IMG/VR virus record: IMGVR_UViG_3300022602_000279
Span: 1 to 32,860 of that record
Length of the DNA stretch: 32,860 nucleotides
From: a virus
Lineage: Duplodnaviria > Caudoviricetes
Direction: 5' to 3' (one strand)
In this document: piece after piece, positions 17,144-25,332 of the stretch
Position numbering within the stretch: the first letter of the stretch is position 1
Layout: each line of letters starts with the position of its first letter
Translations under genes and position numbers: made by a program
Notes under the pieces: generated by a model
Told to the model about the DNA's origin: nothing
Database searches by the model: none
What the model saw: only the letters and a program-made list of their open reading frames with translations

Positions 17144-17737
17144 TTATAATGATGTGAGTCTGTACTTCAATGTAGATGTGGTACTGGTACCCGTGGTATT
17201 ATAGTTCAAGTTGGCGTAGGTAGCATTTGCTGTCATTGTAAAGGCGCACACGGTTGCGGCGTCTTGGCTGTATTCTTCATCATAGCTGACGGTGCTGTTG
17301 CTAAAACTATACTTGATAGTACCAGTACGTTGTGCAGTTCCCTGGCTCAAGGTATAGGTAATAACGCCGTTGTTGGCAGTGGTGTTTGTGACCGTGCCTG
17401 TGGTTGCACCTAACAAGGTTGCCACGTTGCTGGATAAGCTGCCGGCCTGTAGTACTGCAATTTGATTGTTGATTGTGGTAACGTTGCTTTGTAGTACAGC
17501 AACATTATTGGTAATAGAACCAACGTTGGCTGAAAAACTGGTTTGATAGTTGAGAATACTAAATTGTGTTAATATTTCTGTTTGGCCTGTAATCGGCGCA
17601 CCTTCAGCAAGAGTACCGTTACCAATGTACAACTGACGTGTATCAACACTCCATGCCAATTCGCCAGCGTCTAATTGTGGCAAATCCTGGTTTAAACCTC
17701 TACGAGTTTGTATCTTACTAATTTGAACTATAGCCAT
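17144..17737 (-). CDS. Virion protein with Mtd_N-like N-terminal domain
   Basis: IQTRRG...LPQLDAGELAWSVDTRQLYIGNG; short coiled coil; beta-rich C-terminus; late promoter upstream. Confidence 0.75.
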   Translation of the reverse strand: MAIVQISKIQTRRGLNQDLPQLDAGELAWSVDTRQLYIGNGTLAEGAPITGQTEILTQFSILNYQTSFSANVGSITNNVAVLQSNVTTINNQIAVLQAGSLSSNVATLLGATTGTVTNTTANNGVITYTLSQGTAQRTGTIKYSFSNSTVSYDEEYSQDAATVCAFTMTANATYANLNYNTTGTSTTSTLKYRLTSL

Positions 17738-17758
17738 TGCGTTACCTCTGTTATAGTG

Positions 17759-17767
17759 TATTTATGC
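17759..17767 (-). promoter_or_regulatory. Late-type promoter GCATAAATA
   Basis: Intergenic, ahead of the GAGG RBS of the gene starting at 17737. Confidence 0.65.
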
Positions 17768-17771
17768 AGTA

Positions 17772-18746
17772 TCACAAAGTGTAATTCCAGTAATTTTTTA
17801 GCAAATGGCTACGATCATCTCTAACAACATTTTCCATGCCCGGGCCTGAAAATCCACACATATTGCACACACGTTCAGGGTTTTTTTGCCGTTCAATCCA
17901 GGCCGCAATTTCTGCATCTGTAGATTCTGGTCCCACAGTAGCATAGTCTGTTATGTAGGGTGCCCACGCTGGAGAATCTGTCAGGCCAAAGGTAGTCAAG
18001 GTATGTTCCAGGACTCCCATGGGCGGGCATTTCCACAAGCGGCCGCGATAAAGTGTTACAAATTCATTGGTCTGACATAGACCGTGATTAGTGGCGTAGT
18101 GATTGTCTTGATAAGAGTAAACTGGCCGCATGGTTTCGCCCTGCCCAAGATAGTGTACACACCAGTGCAGTTTGTATTGTTCACATGTGGTCAAGCCAAT
18201 GCCGGTATTGACTCCATTGACCAGCAACACGTACCAGCGTTTGGTGTTGACTTCATATTCATCCAGCCAAAGATTCCATTCAGCTGACTTAACTCCGGGC
18301 TGTTGTAAATGATACTGCTGTATGGCCGTTTTCAATTTTTTAACGTTGTCATTTACCTTGCTAAGATACGGGTCTATACCGGTCTGTTTACTGACCACAA
18401 GACTCAAGCTGACATCTAAATTAAATAGTTTGTCTACATTATCAATCAAGCGATCCAGGTAGTAACCATTGGTGTTGAGATTGATACCAACCTTGGGTCC
18501 CCATAGTTGATTGACTGCCAGGGCCCAGTCGACAAATTCTGGGTGCAACAAGGGTTCGCCGCCAAACAGAGTAATGGCCTTGGGTTCAAGTCGCTGAGAC
18601 CAAAACTCTAGCCAGTGCAGACTTTCTTCCAGTCTGACCAACCCCTTGATGTTTTTATGATCGCTGTGGGTCATACAACCTTTACAGGCCAGGTTGCAGG
18701 ACCTAATAATTGGAAGGTCGAGATGATTTATTTGAATTTTTTCCAT
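17772..18746 (-). CDS. Radical SAM protein with C-terminal Cys-containing (SPASM/twitch-like) region
   Basis: CNLACKGC, FGGEPLLHP, NTNG; C-terminal LC...WKCP...CNMC. ATG at 18746 is coupled (TAATG) to the exonuclease stop. Confidence 0.9.
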   Translation of the reverse strand: MEKIQINHLDLPIIRSCNLACKGCMTHSDHKNIKGLVRLEESLHWLEFWSQRLEPKAITLFGGEPLLHPEFVDWALAVNQLWGPKVGINLNTNGYYLDRLIDNVDKLFNLDVSLSLVVSKQTGIDPYLSKVNDNVKKLKTAIQQYHLQQPGVKSAEWNLWLDEYEVNTKRWYVLLVNGVNTGIGLTTCEQYKLHWCVHYLGQGETMRPVYSYQDNHYATNHGLCQTNEFVTLYRGRLWKCPPMGVLEHTLTTFGLTDSPAWAPYITDYATVGPESTDAEIAAWIERQKNPERVCNMCGFSGPGMENVVRDDRSHLLKNYWNYTL

Positions 18747-19456
18747 TATGCCGTCAGGTAGTACAACTCTACACGCTTGTTCCATTCATTGCAGTAATGG
18801 TCAAACTCATCGCCTTCAAGAACAAACTCCAGGTATTTAGGTGTCTCAAAAATGCCAGGTTCAAGCTCTTTTGGTTGCACACACATAAGAATAACACCTT
18901 TTCTGATGTCGGTTCCGTGCATGTTGTTGTGTGCCTGTGCATAGGCCGCCAGCTGTATAAAGTAGTCGGTGATGTACTCGCGACGTTTAACTTTGTTACT
19001 TTGTTTATAATCCATGATGGCCGGAGCACCGCCGTGTACTCCCACTGAGTCTGTGGTGCCAGCATATAGGCCACTATAATAAACAGGAACTTCAACTCCC
19101 CATACTTCGTCGATCCGTTCAAAGCCTTCCAGGATGACCTGTGCGGCCATGTACCACGAGGGCTGTGCAAACGGATTACCCGGTAACTCTTTCATTTCAC
19201 CTGTTTTGACATAGTGCTCCAGGTAACTGTGCATACGTGTTCCACGGTTAGCGGCTTCGGTAGTGATCTGCTGTGCTCGAGCTTCCCCAACGCTTTTTTT
19301 CCAGTTGGCCAAGGCGGCCTTGGATTCTGCACTTTTAGTACGGTCAAGGATTGTTGTAACGCTAGGAACTTTAGATCCATCAGGCAAACAATAATGCCGT
19401 TTTCCATCTATGGTGGTTCTATCGCAAGGAGTGTAGTTGTATTTGTTTACGAGCAT
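18746..19456 (-). CDS. PD-(D/E)XK exonuclease
   Basis: PSVTTIL, RGTRMH, E...YAGTTD...IMDYKQS, YFIQLAAYA. Likely start MLVNKY at 19456. Confidence 0.88.
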   Translation of the reverse strand: MLVNKYNYTPCDRTTIDGKRHYCLPDGSKVPSVTTILDRTKSAESKAALANWKKSVGEARAQQITTEAANRGTRMHSYLEHYVKTGEMKELPGNPFAQPSWYMAAQVILEGFERIDEVWGVEVPVYYSGLYAGTTDSVGVHGGAPAIMDYKQSNKVKRREYITDYFIQLAAYAQAHNNMHGTDIRKGVILMCVQPKELEPGIFETPKYLEFVLEGDEFDHYCNEWNKRVELYYLTA

Positions 19457-20094
19457 GATATCCAATCGGTTAGTGTGTTTGCTATCAGCTGATGTCCTTG
19501 CTGATTAGGGTGCCCCAGGTTGCCATGAAAATATTTGTTTTTGTTGGTAATATATTTACAGCCAAATAAATCTAAAAAATTTATGTTGCCTTGATCATAA
19601 AACTTAGTTCTGTCAAGCCCAGTAAAATCTTGGGTGGCCCAGTTGACACGAGAAAAACTCAATACATAATAGTCGTTTATACTATATTTCTGGCATAGAC
19701 CTTGTAATGCCACCGTTGTCATATAAAATTTAAAATGATCCAATGCCCTGGAATGCAGATATTTGTAGTAGTTTGCTGAAACTACATCATCAGGCAAAGG
19801 TCCTGTGGGAGAAACATTGGTACATTGTGCGCCGTTGTGTGTAAAATACTGAAACCTATGCAACCCCGTGAACGAAAATAGTGCGGTATATTGATAATGT
19901 TCAAATTCAGCCAGTCCAATAAATTTTTGTAGTTGTAGCAACATATTTTCTGCGGCTGTTGCTTGTATTGAATAATTTTCAAATTCAATTTGCTTTTTTT
20001 CTGCTATCAATTCACCGTAGGTTTTCTCTCCCGGTTGAAGTTCTGCACCTGCAGGCCAACTATCGCCAAATGTTATAAATTTTTGAACACGCAT
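19447..20094 (-). CDS. SGNH-hydrolase-like protein (GDSW type)
   Basis: FGDSWPAG and C-terminal GHPNQQGHQLIA; ATG at 20094 sits at the predicted TSS of the promoter at 20102-20130; AT-rich. Confidence 0.65.
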   Translation of the reverse strand: MRVQKFITFGDSWPAGAELQPGEKTYGELIAEKKQIEFENYSIQATAAENMLLQLQKFIGLAEFEHYQYTALFSFTGLHRFQYFTHNGAQCTNVSPTGPLPDDVVSANYYKYLHSRALDHFKFYMTTVALQGLCQKYSINDYYVLSFSRVNWATQDFTGLDRTKFYDQGNINFLDLFGCKYITNKNKYFHGNLGHPNQQGHQLIANTLTDWISCS

Positions 20095-20101
20095 ATTAGT
20101 A

Positions 20102-20130
20102 ATTATAACATCAACCATCTCAATAATCAA
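20102..20130 (-). promoter_or_regulatory. sigma70-type promoter TTGATT-N17-TATAAT (leaderless)
   Basis: -35 at 20130-20125, -10 at 20107-20102, 7 nt to the ATG. Confidence 0.75.
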
Positions 20131-20136
20131 TAAATA
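20130..20136 (+). promoter_or_regulatory. Late-type promoter ATAAATA (leaderless) for the plus-strand gene
   Basis: 5 nt before the ATG at 20142; no SD sequence. Confidence 0.6.
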
Positions 20137-20141
20137 TTTTG

Positions 20142-20888
20142 ATGAAAATTCTAGTAAGCGGCTGTAGCTTTACGCAATGGCCTGAATATCCAGGTGGTCC
20201 AAATATATGCTGGCCCAAATACCTAAAAGAGCTTGATCCTGCTGTAGAAATAACCAGTGTAGCCGAAGCGGCAGCCGGTAATCAGTACATCTGCGACAGC
20301 GTGGTACGTGCTGTGCTGGAACAGGACTATGATCAAATCTTGGTCATGTGGTCTGGTGTCAGTAGATTGGATTACCTGACCAGTGTGGAAGATCCGGCCT
20401 GGAATGAACTATTTGACAGCTATGGATTTTATCGTAGATTACCTGGCAACAAACTGGGCTGGATTTTCAGTGGTGGACAAATGGGTACCTGGTTTAAAAA
20501 TCCTGTGGCTCACAAAATGTTTTACGAAATGTACAAGGTCTCCAGTGAATTAAGTTTGGCTCACATCAATCTGATGGAAATAGTCAAACTACAAAATTTC
20601 TTAAAGGCCAAACACATACCTTATCGGTTTATGAGCTATGTAAACTACTGGAACACTGACAGTAACATAAGTCCCAATGGCGACTTTGGAGTTTATAAAT
20701 TTCCCGAATTGACTTATCTGCTAAACGAAATAGACTTTGATCAATGGGTGTTTACGGATGGGCGCAATGGCATTTATGAACTGGCCAAGTCAATGAATAA
20801 TTTTCAGGCGGATGGGTTTCATCCAGGTGCTGCGGCACAGGCTGAATGGGCAAAGATAATCAAACGACAGATTGAACAACAGCAGTAA
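20142..20888 (+). CDS. SGNH-hydrolase-like protein, paralog of 12494-13240; the only plus-strand gene
   Basis: SGCSFT, AAGN, VMWSG, DGFHP. Confidence 0.75.
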   Translation: MKILVSGCSFTQWPEYPGGPNICWPKYLKELDPAVEITSVAEAAAGNQYICDSVVRAVLEQDYDQILVMWSGVSRLDYLTSVEDPAWNELFDSYGFYRRLPGNKLGWIFSGGQMGTWFKNPVAHKMFYEMYKVSSELSLAHINLMEIVKLQNFLKAKHIPYRFMSYVNYWNTDSNISPNGDFGVYKFPELTYLLNEIDFDQWVFTDGRNGIYELAKSMNNFQADGFHPGAAAQAEWAKIIKRQIEQQQ

Positions 20889-21948
20889 TTTTATTTGCTG
20901 ACCATGCTGTCCAGTCAGTGGTCATGATGTAGTTGTGGTTGTGTTCTACTACATCACGTATTTGATTGTAGACCTGTTGTTGGTCCATGCTACACAATCT
21001 TTTAACCTGCTCAAAGGCCGCGGCATATCGCTCGTTGTCGTCAATGATATCATCATAACTTTCATCAATAACTGCACCAAAGGTTTTAAAACCTTGGTTT
21101 TGCAAATTGTGCAAAAATCGATATCCTGTAAAGGCAATAAACAATCTACGTGCTATCAAGGGCTTGGCAGTCTTTTCACTGAAGAAACTCAAGGTATTGT
21201 CGTGGTCAGTTTCGGCAATAACGCTGTAGGCCGTATCATTGAAAACAGCTATGGGAATAACTCTGCTTAGTCCTGTGCGTACACCGTGGTAATCAACCCA
21301 GTCAGCAGTACCAATTATTTTACCAACTGGAACACACCCTGGCTCCCAGGCAAAATAGTCTTTGGCATAAAAGTCATCCTCCTGCCAATTGCCGCCATAG
21401 GTCAGGATAAATTTATCTTGTAAATTGTTTTCTTTAACTGCATTGGCAACAAAAGTTCTGTGCGGTTTGGTTACACCCAGCAGAGCATCAAACATGCGTG
21501 GCTTGGTCACATAAGGTGTAAGCTCGGCTAACTTGTTGGGCAGTTGTTTGTAGACCAAGGTAGTGGTCTTGAACCAATCGCCCCAGAATATGATATGGCT
21601 GTTGATGTCATTGCGATCATTGACCTGTCCAGGCACTACCCAGTACACATTGTCATGATGACATTGTTCCCATATTTGCCAGTGGAAATTGTGCAGTTCG
21701 CTTTCAAAGGTAAAGACCAGCTGGCTGGCGGCACTCAGCTGATTTATTTTATCTTCAAACCCTTGATATGCGGCGCAGTTAATATCGTGGTCGCAATGTA
21801 GGCGATGCGTGGTAAATGCTATTTTAATGTCGGCTGGACTGGCCACGTACTCTTCAAAGCTGTGACAAACGGTGTATTCTGCAGGAAAGGCAACCTTGGG
21901 AATCCATTCGAGATCCAATATGTTGCTGTCACTATAAACCAGTATCAA
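20860..21948 (-). CDS. Putative glycosyltransferase-like protein (GT-B type, GT10-like C-terminal motif)
   Basis: YSVIAET...FFSEKTAKPL...F...G...GFKTF...IDESYD resembles the nucleotide-sugar-binding E...SEK motif of GT10. TTG at 21948 overlaps the iscA TGA. Confidence 0.5.
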   Translation of the reverse strand: MILVYSDSNILDLEWIPKVAFPAEYTVCHSFEEYVASPADIKIAFTTHRLHCDHDINCAAYQGFEDKINQLSAASQLVFTFESELHNFHWQIWEQCHHDNVYWVVPGQVNDRNDINSHIIFWGDWFKTTTLVYKQLPNKLAELTPYVTKPRMFDALLGVTKPHRTFVANAVKENNLQDKFILTYGGNWQEDDFYAKDYFAWEPGCVPVGKIIGTADWVDYHGVRTGLSRVIPIAVFNDTAYSVIAETDHDNTLSFFSEKTAKPLIARRLFIAFTGYRFLHNLQNQGFKTFGAVIDESYDDIIDDNERYAAAFEQVKRLCSMDQQQVYNQIRDVVEHNHNYIMTTDWTAWSANKITAVVQSVV

Positions 21949-22265
21949 ATTCGAAAACTTTCTCCGCACCCACAGCGGTCCTTTTCTTGAGGATTGCGAA
22001 ATTCAAAACCTTCATTGAGTCCTTGGCGTACATAATCTACTTCCATGCCATCAAGGAAAGGCAGGTCTTTTTGATCTACCAGGATTCCAAAGCCTGGTTG
22101 TGGGAAAGCCACTGACCCGGGCCAGACATCATCTACATATTCCAATATGTAGGCAAGACCTGAACAGCCGGTGGTTCGTATGCCCACGCGAATGCCAATG
22201 CCTGAACCGCGCTTTTCCAAATTGGATTTGATTTTTTTACTTGCTGTGCTTGTTACGGTAATCAT
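21945..22265 (-). CDS. iscA: A-type Fe-S cluster carrier IscA
   Basis: TTGCSGLAY, DYVRQGLNEGFEFRNP, CGCGESF. Confidence 0.95.
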   Translation of the reverse strand: MITVTSTASKKIKSNLEKRGSGIGIRVGIRTTGCSGLAYILEYVDDVWPGSVAFPQPGFGILVDQKDLPFLDGMEVDYVRQGLNEGFEFRNPQEKDRCGCGESFRI

Positions 22266-22614
22266 TTATGGCCGCCTTGATTGCATCTTCCGCAAGGATT
22301 GAACAATGGATCTTGACTGGCGGTAGTGCAAGTTCTTCTGCAATCTCACTATTCTTAATAGATTCTGCTTGAAGTAACGTCTTCCCTTTGACCCACTCTG
22401 TAACGAGTGAGCTCGACGCAATAGCCGAACCACAACCATACGTCTTGAATTTTGCATCTGTGATGATTCCATCTTCTACCTTTATCTGTAGTTTCATGAC
22501 GTCACCGCAGGCTGGAGCACCAACCATACCTGTACCTACGGTATCGTCTATTTCCATCTTGCCCACATTGCGTGGGTTTTCGTAGTGATCAATTACTTTG
22601 TCTGAATAGGCCAT
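22237..22614 (-). CDS. iscU: Fe-S cluster scaffold IscU
   Basis: YSDKVIDHYENPRNVG, GAPACGDVM, GCGSAIASSS, LPPVKIHCS. Confidence 0.97.
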   Translation of the reverse strand: MAYSDKVIDHYENPRNVGKMEIDDTVGTGMVGAPACGDVMKLQIKVEDGIITDAKFKTYGCGSAIASSSLVTEWVKGKTLLQAESIKNSEIAEELALPPVKIHCSILAEDAIKAAINDYRNKHSK

Positions 22615-22615
22615 G

Positions 22616-22783
22616 TTATTTCTTTACAGGTTGTTTAGGTGCCTGCGGTGCTGGCGCAGTGGGTGGTGTTGGTGCAGGTTGTGTGGTTGGAGGTTTTTTA
22701 AAACTATCCAGCAGTTGACCCAGGCCGGCAGCCATACCTGTACTGGCTATCAACATCATAAGAACAAAAGAAATAGATCTCAT
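22616..22783 (-). CDS. 55-aa putative secreted Pro-rich peptide (not in ORF track)
   Basis: MRSISFVLMMLIASTGMAAGLGQLLDSFKKPPTTQPAPTPPTAPAPQAPKQPVKK*; TAATG-coupled to the upstream gene and ends 1 nt before the iscU ATG. Confidence 0.7.
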   Translation of the reverse strand: MRSISFVLMMLIASTGMAAGLGQLLDSFKKPPTTQPAPTPPTAPAPQAPKQPVKK

Positions 22784-23088
22784 TAGTTAGGCACCAATAC
22801 TGTACGATAGCAGTTGCATGCGCCATCCACCATGGCTTCCCAATGGTAACCAGCCGGTGCTGGATATACCGGTTGTGCCGGAGGATAAGTCTGCTGTATA
22901 TAAACTGGATTTTGTTGTATGACCACCGGAGGGCGTGTGGCTTCGTACACAATGACACCGCCTACCACAGCCGGTGCGACCCATCCATAGCCAGGATGCC
23001 AGTAGTAGCGACCGCCACCGTGCCGCCAGTATTCGGCATGTGCCAAGGATGCAACAGCGAGTAGTACAACAAATAGAATTTTTTTCAT
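22783..23088 (-). CDS. Putative secreted Gly/Tyr/Pro-rich protein
   Basis: MKKILFVVLLAVASLAHA signal peptide; AAGGAG RBS; PPVVIQQNPVY...PAPAGYHW; C-terminal CNC. Confidence 0.75.
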   Translation of the reverse strand: MKKILFVVLLAVASLAHAEYWRHGGGRYYWHPGYGWVAPAVVGGVIVYEATRPPVVIQQNPVYIQQTYPPAQPVYPAPAGYHWEAMVDGACNCYRTVLVPN

Positions 23089-23106
23089 AGTAAACTCCTT
23101 CACGCT

Positions 23107-23135
23107 ATTATAACGTATTTATTGGGTTTGGTCAA
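23107..23135 (-). promoter_or_regulatory. sigma70-type promoter TTGACC-N17-TATAAT with ATAAATA embedded in the spacer
   Basis: -35 at 23135-23130, -10 at 23112-23107; ATAAATA at 23122-23116. Confidence 0.85.
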
Positions 23136-23146
23136 GGGGTTTTGGG

Positions 23147-23572
23147 TTACTTGGCGGCTTTGGCAGCCATTTTGCTAACAATTTTAGAAGCATCACCAGC
23201 CGGAGCACCTTGTGCACCAAGTGGATCTGAATCGTCCACGGTGTTTTCCGGCAAGGCCAGATAAACATACTTGATTCCGGTGTGTGGATCATCTTTGATA
23301 TCTTTGATTAAACTTTTGATTGTGTCGTTTGATTTTTGCGCGGCATCAAGTGCTGCAAAATTAAAAGACTCATGGCCAGGAATAGCACGTACACGTTCAA
23401 TTACTGTGTCAACAGCCACACGTGGAGTAACAGCACCCGAGTTAGCGGCTTCATTGCGAAGCCATTCTAAACTGGTAATTAAACCGGCATCGCCGCGAGT
23501 GTCTGCTTCGTCTTCGATGGCCGATGTATGATCATCAAGATCGGCCTCAAGAATAATATCTCTAATACGCAT
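23147..23572 (-). CDS. Hypothetical head-associated protein
   Basis: MRIRDIILE N-terminus; C-terminal VSKMAAKAAK; TAATG-coupled to the upstream gene. Confidence 0.55.
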   Translation of the reverse strand: MRIRDIILEADLDDHTSAIEDEADTRGDAGLITSLEWLRNEAANSGAVTPRVAVDTVIERVRAIPGHESFNFAALDAAQKSNDTIKSLIKDIKDDPHTGIKYVYLALPENTVDDSDPLGAQGAPAGDASKIVSKMAAKAAK

Positions 23573-24267
23573 TAACGACGACCGCGGCCTAGTTCTTCTT
23601 CGCCACCAACAGCAGCATCAGTTGCATCAAACCCGTCTGTATCTGCATCCAAGTCGCTTTCTTCTGGAGCGGCACCCAAGTCTGCACCAGGTTGTTCTTC
23701 ACCACCTACCGGAGCACCTAGACCCATGTCCATTGGCTGTTGTGTTTGCTCGCCAGCCAAGGCACGTACTGCTGTGTCGGCTTGTTCGCGACCTGTACTC
23801 AATGCTTGCCATAGACTCTGTAGCAATGGGCCAATTGCGGCTTTAAATTGTTCTGCTTGCTCAGCACCAATTTGATCACGGATAGTATCACTCAGTGCAG
23901 GCATTTGTTCGTTTTGCATTTTGCTAACAGTTTCTAGCATGTCTTGAACTTCGTCTACCATGTTCTTGGCTGCCAACACGGTTTCGCTACGTCCCATTTC
24001 GCTTTCAAACAGGCCTTGTTCAGAACCCATCCATTTGTCCAGGCCTTCTTTGACCAGCATCAATTCCATGTACTTGGCATTTTTTTCTGCTGTGTGAGCA
24101 CCATAAGATTTTTTAATTGCTTGGATATTTTCTCCAAGTGCCTTGGCCAAACGCTGTGCTTTGGCATAGGTTAAATTATCGTAGTCGATGCTAAAACCAA
24201 AGCGGCTTTCCATGACTTTGTTAATCTTTTGTGGTGTTACTTCGGTACGCATTTCAGAGAGTCTCAT
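23572..24267 (-). CDS. Putative prohead core/scaffold-like protein
   Basis: Helical body with an LFE-S site resembling prohead-protease sites and an acidic disordered tail; late-like GCTAAATA at 24300-24293. Confidence 0.45.
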   Translation of the reverse strand: MRLSEMRTEVTPQKINKVMESRFGFSIDYDNLTYAKAQRLAKALGENIQAIKKSYGAHTAEKNAKYMELMLVKEGLDKWMGSEQGLFESEMGRSETVLAAKNMVDEVQDMLETVSKMQNEQMPALSDTIRDQIGAEQAEQFKAAIGPLLQSLWQALSTGREQADTAVRALAGEQTQQPMDMGLGAPVGGEEQPGADLGAAPEESDLDADTDGFDATDAAVGGEEELGRGRR

Positions 24268-24273
24268 GATTGT

Positions 24274-24813
24274 TTATTCCCATATCTTGTAGTATTTAGC
24301 CGTTTTGTGTATTTTCAATATGTGTTCTCGAGCCAGATTTAGTCGGGTTTCTGCTATTTCCAACCTGGGCATTCTGGTATCCACAGTCACATAATCTTTA
24401 CGTTTTTGCGCTTGGTCTATGGTGTAGCGCAAACTTGCAAGGTCTGTATAGTTTTTATTTATTTCTTGATCCCAGTAGAGGATTTCATCTGAGCGCCAAT
24501 ACTGGCGCTTGGTCATGTAAATTGCGTAAAGTATTGCTGAGATCTTGCTTTCGAAGCGATGTACAAACTCCTGGTTAGGGTCAAGTACATCGCAGGTTTT
24601 GTTAGGGTTAACCGTCAGATGATAAAGCCCAACTCGATATCCGTTTTTTACAGGAATACACAAGGGAGCCGCGGCCTGTATTTGCATTTTACCTAGTTCG
24701 CGTTCGGTCCACTGCTTGATATAGTCGGTGGTTGCGTAGGTAATATTTCTAGGTATTGTTGGGCCGGTCTTTTTAGCGGATTTTCTTTTTGTAGGTGATT
24801 TGCCCATTTTCAT
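24274..24813 (-). CDS. Hypothetical protein
   Basis: Long ORF in operon; basic N-terminus, helical C-terminus. Confidence 0.6.
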   Translation of the reverse strand: MKMGKSPTKRKSAKKTGPTIPRNITYATTDYIKQWTERELGKMQIQAAAPLCIPVKNGYRVGLYHLTVNPNKTCDVLDPNQEFVHRFESKISAILYAIYMTKRQYWRSDEILYWDQEINKNYTDLASLRYTIDQAQKRKDYVTVDTRMPRLEIAETRLNLAREHILKIHKTAKYYKIWE

Positions 24814-24982
24814 TACGACGAAGGAGTATGTCCTGTTGCGTTAGTTGATTAGCTATTAGCTGTTCTCGCTCACTGAGAGTATTTTTTGATATGTTAGGTT
24901 CGTGTTGGAAACGTCCCAATAGATCTGCCTGTTCGTTATTTAAGGCAACTTGAATGTTGTTGATTAATTCTACAATTTTCAT
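24773..24982 (-). CDS. Hypothetical protein
   Basis: ATGA-coupled; MKIVELI N-terminus. Confidence 0.6.
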   Translation of the reverse strand: MKIVELINNIQVALNNEQADLLGRFQHEPNISKNTLSEREQLIANQLTQQDILLRRNENGQITYKKKIR

Positions 24983-25236
24983 TTGAAGTGTGATGCTATC
25001 AGCGTAATTATACCCGCTATTAGCACACCTAGTATACTGGTACCAATGGTGATTAGTGTTTTATTGCTGTCTTTGCCTACATTGCTCAAGCTGTCTTTGA
25101 TGTCTACAATATGTAGTTCCAGCTTGTCCATGCGGTTATCTAGACTAGATAATTTACTTTCCAAGTTACTATACCTTTCAGCACATAACTCTACATGCGC
25201 CTCAAGGCTTTTCTTTTCAATATCGGTAGATGACAT
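24979..25236 (-). CDS. Coiled-coil protein with C-terminal transmembrane helix (XhlA/holin-like architecture)
   Basis: Heptad LESKLSSLDNRMDKLE then hydrophobic LITIGTSILGVLIAGIITLIA. Confidence 0.55.
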   Translation of the reverse strand: MSSTDIEKKSLEAHVELCAERYSNLESKLSSLDNRMDKLELHIVDIKDSLSNVGKDSNKTLITIGTSILGVLIAGIITLIASHFK

Positions 25237-25257
25237 AACCCGCTTTTCCTAGTAAGC

Positions 25258-25318
25258 GATGCATTTTTGATGAGCCTGTCTGTGCCGTAATAGTGAGCCT
25301 TAATGGTGCCGTAGCATC
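25258..25318 (-). repeat. Two tandem TACGGCAC-N4/5-AGGCTCA units enclosed by a GATGC/GCATC inverted repeat in a 5' leader
   Basis: Minus strand: GATGC TACGGCAC CATTA AGGCTCA CTAT TACGGCAC AGAC AGGCTCA TCAAAAAT GCATC. Confidence 0.8.
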
Positions 25319-25324
25319 AACTAA

Positions 25325-25332
25325 TATTTATG
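25325..25332 (-). promoter_or_regulatory. Late-type promoter CATAAATA overlapping the upstream stop codon
   Basis: TAAATA core directly ahead of the repeat leader. Confidence 0.55.

Noticed and set aside
17144-17737. Diversity-generating retroelement suggested by Mtd_N-like domains
   Set aside because: No reverse transcriptase and no template/variable repeat pair seen in the window.
18746-19456. Cas4 or CRISPR-related role for the exonuclease
   Set aside because: It lacks the Cas4 four-Cys Fe-S arrangement and any CRISPR context; it fits an ordinary phage PD-(D/E)XK exonuclease.
22704-22984. Track ORFs 22704-22958 and 22787-22984
   Set aside because: The 22783-23088 and 22616-22783 frames explain the region better, with signal peptides and coupled start/stop junctions.
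25258-25318. Mini-CRISPR array
   Set aside because: Only two units with 4-5 nt variable parts, far too short for spacers; no cas genes in the window.
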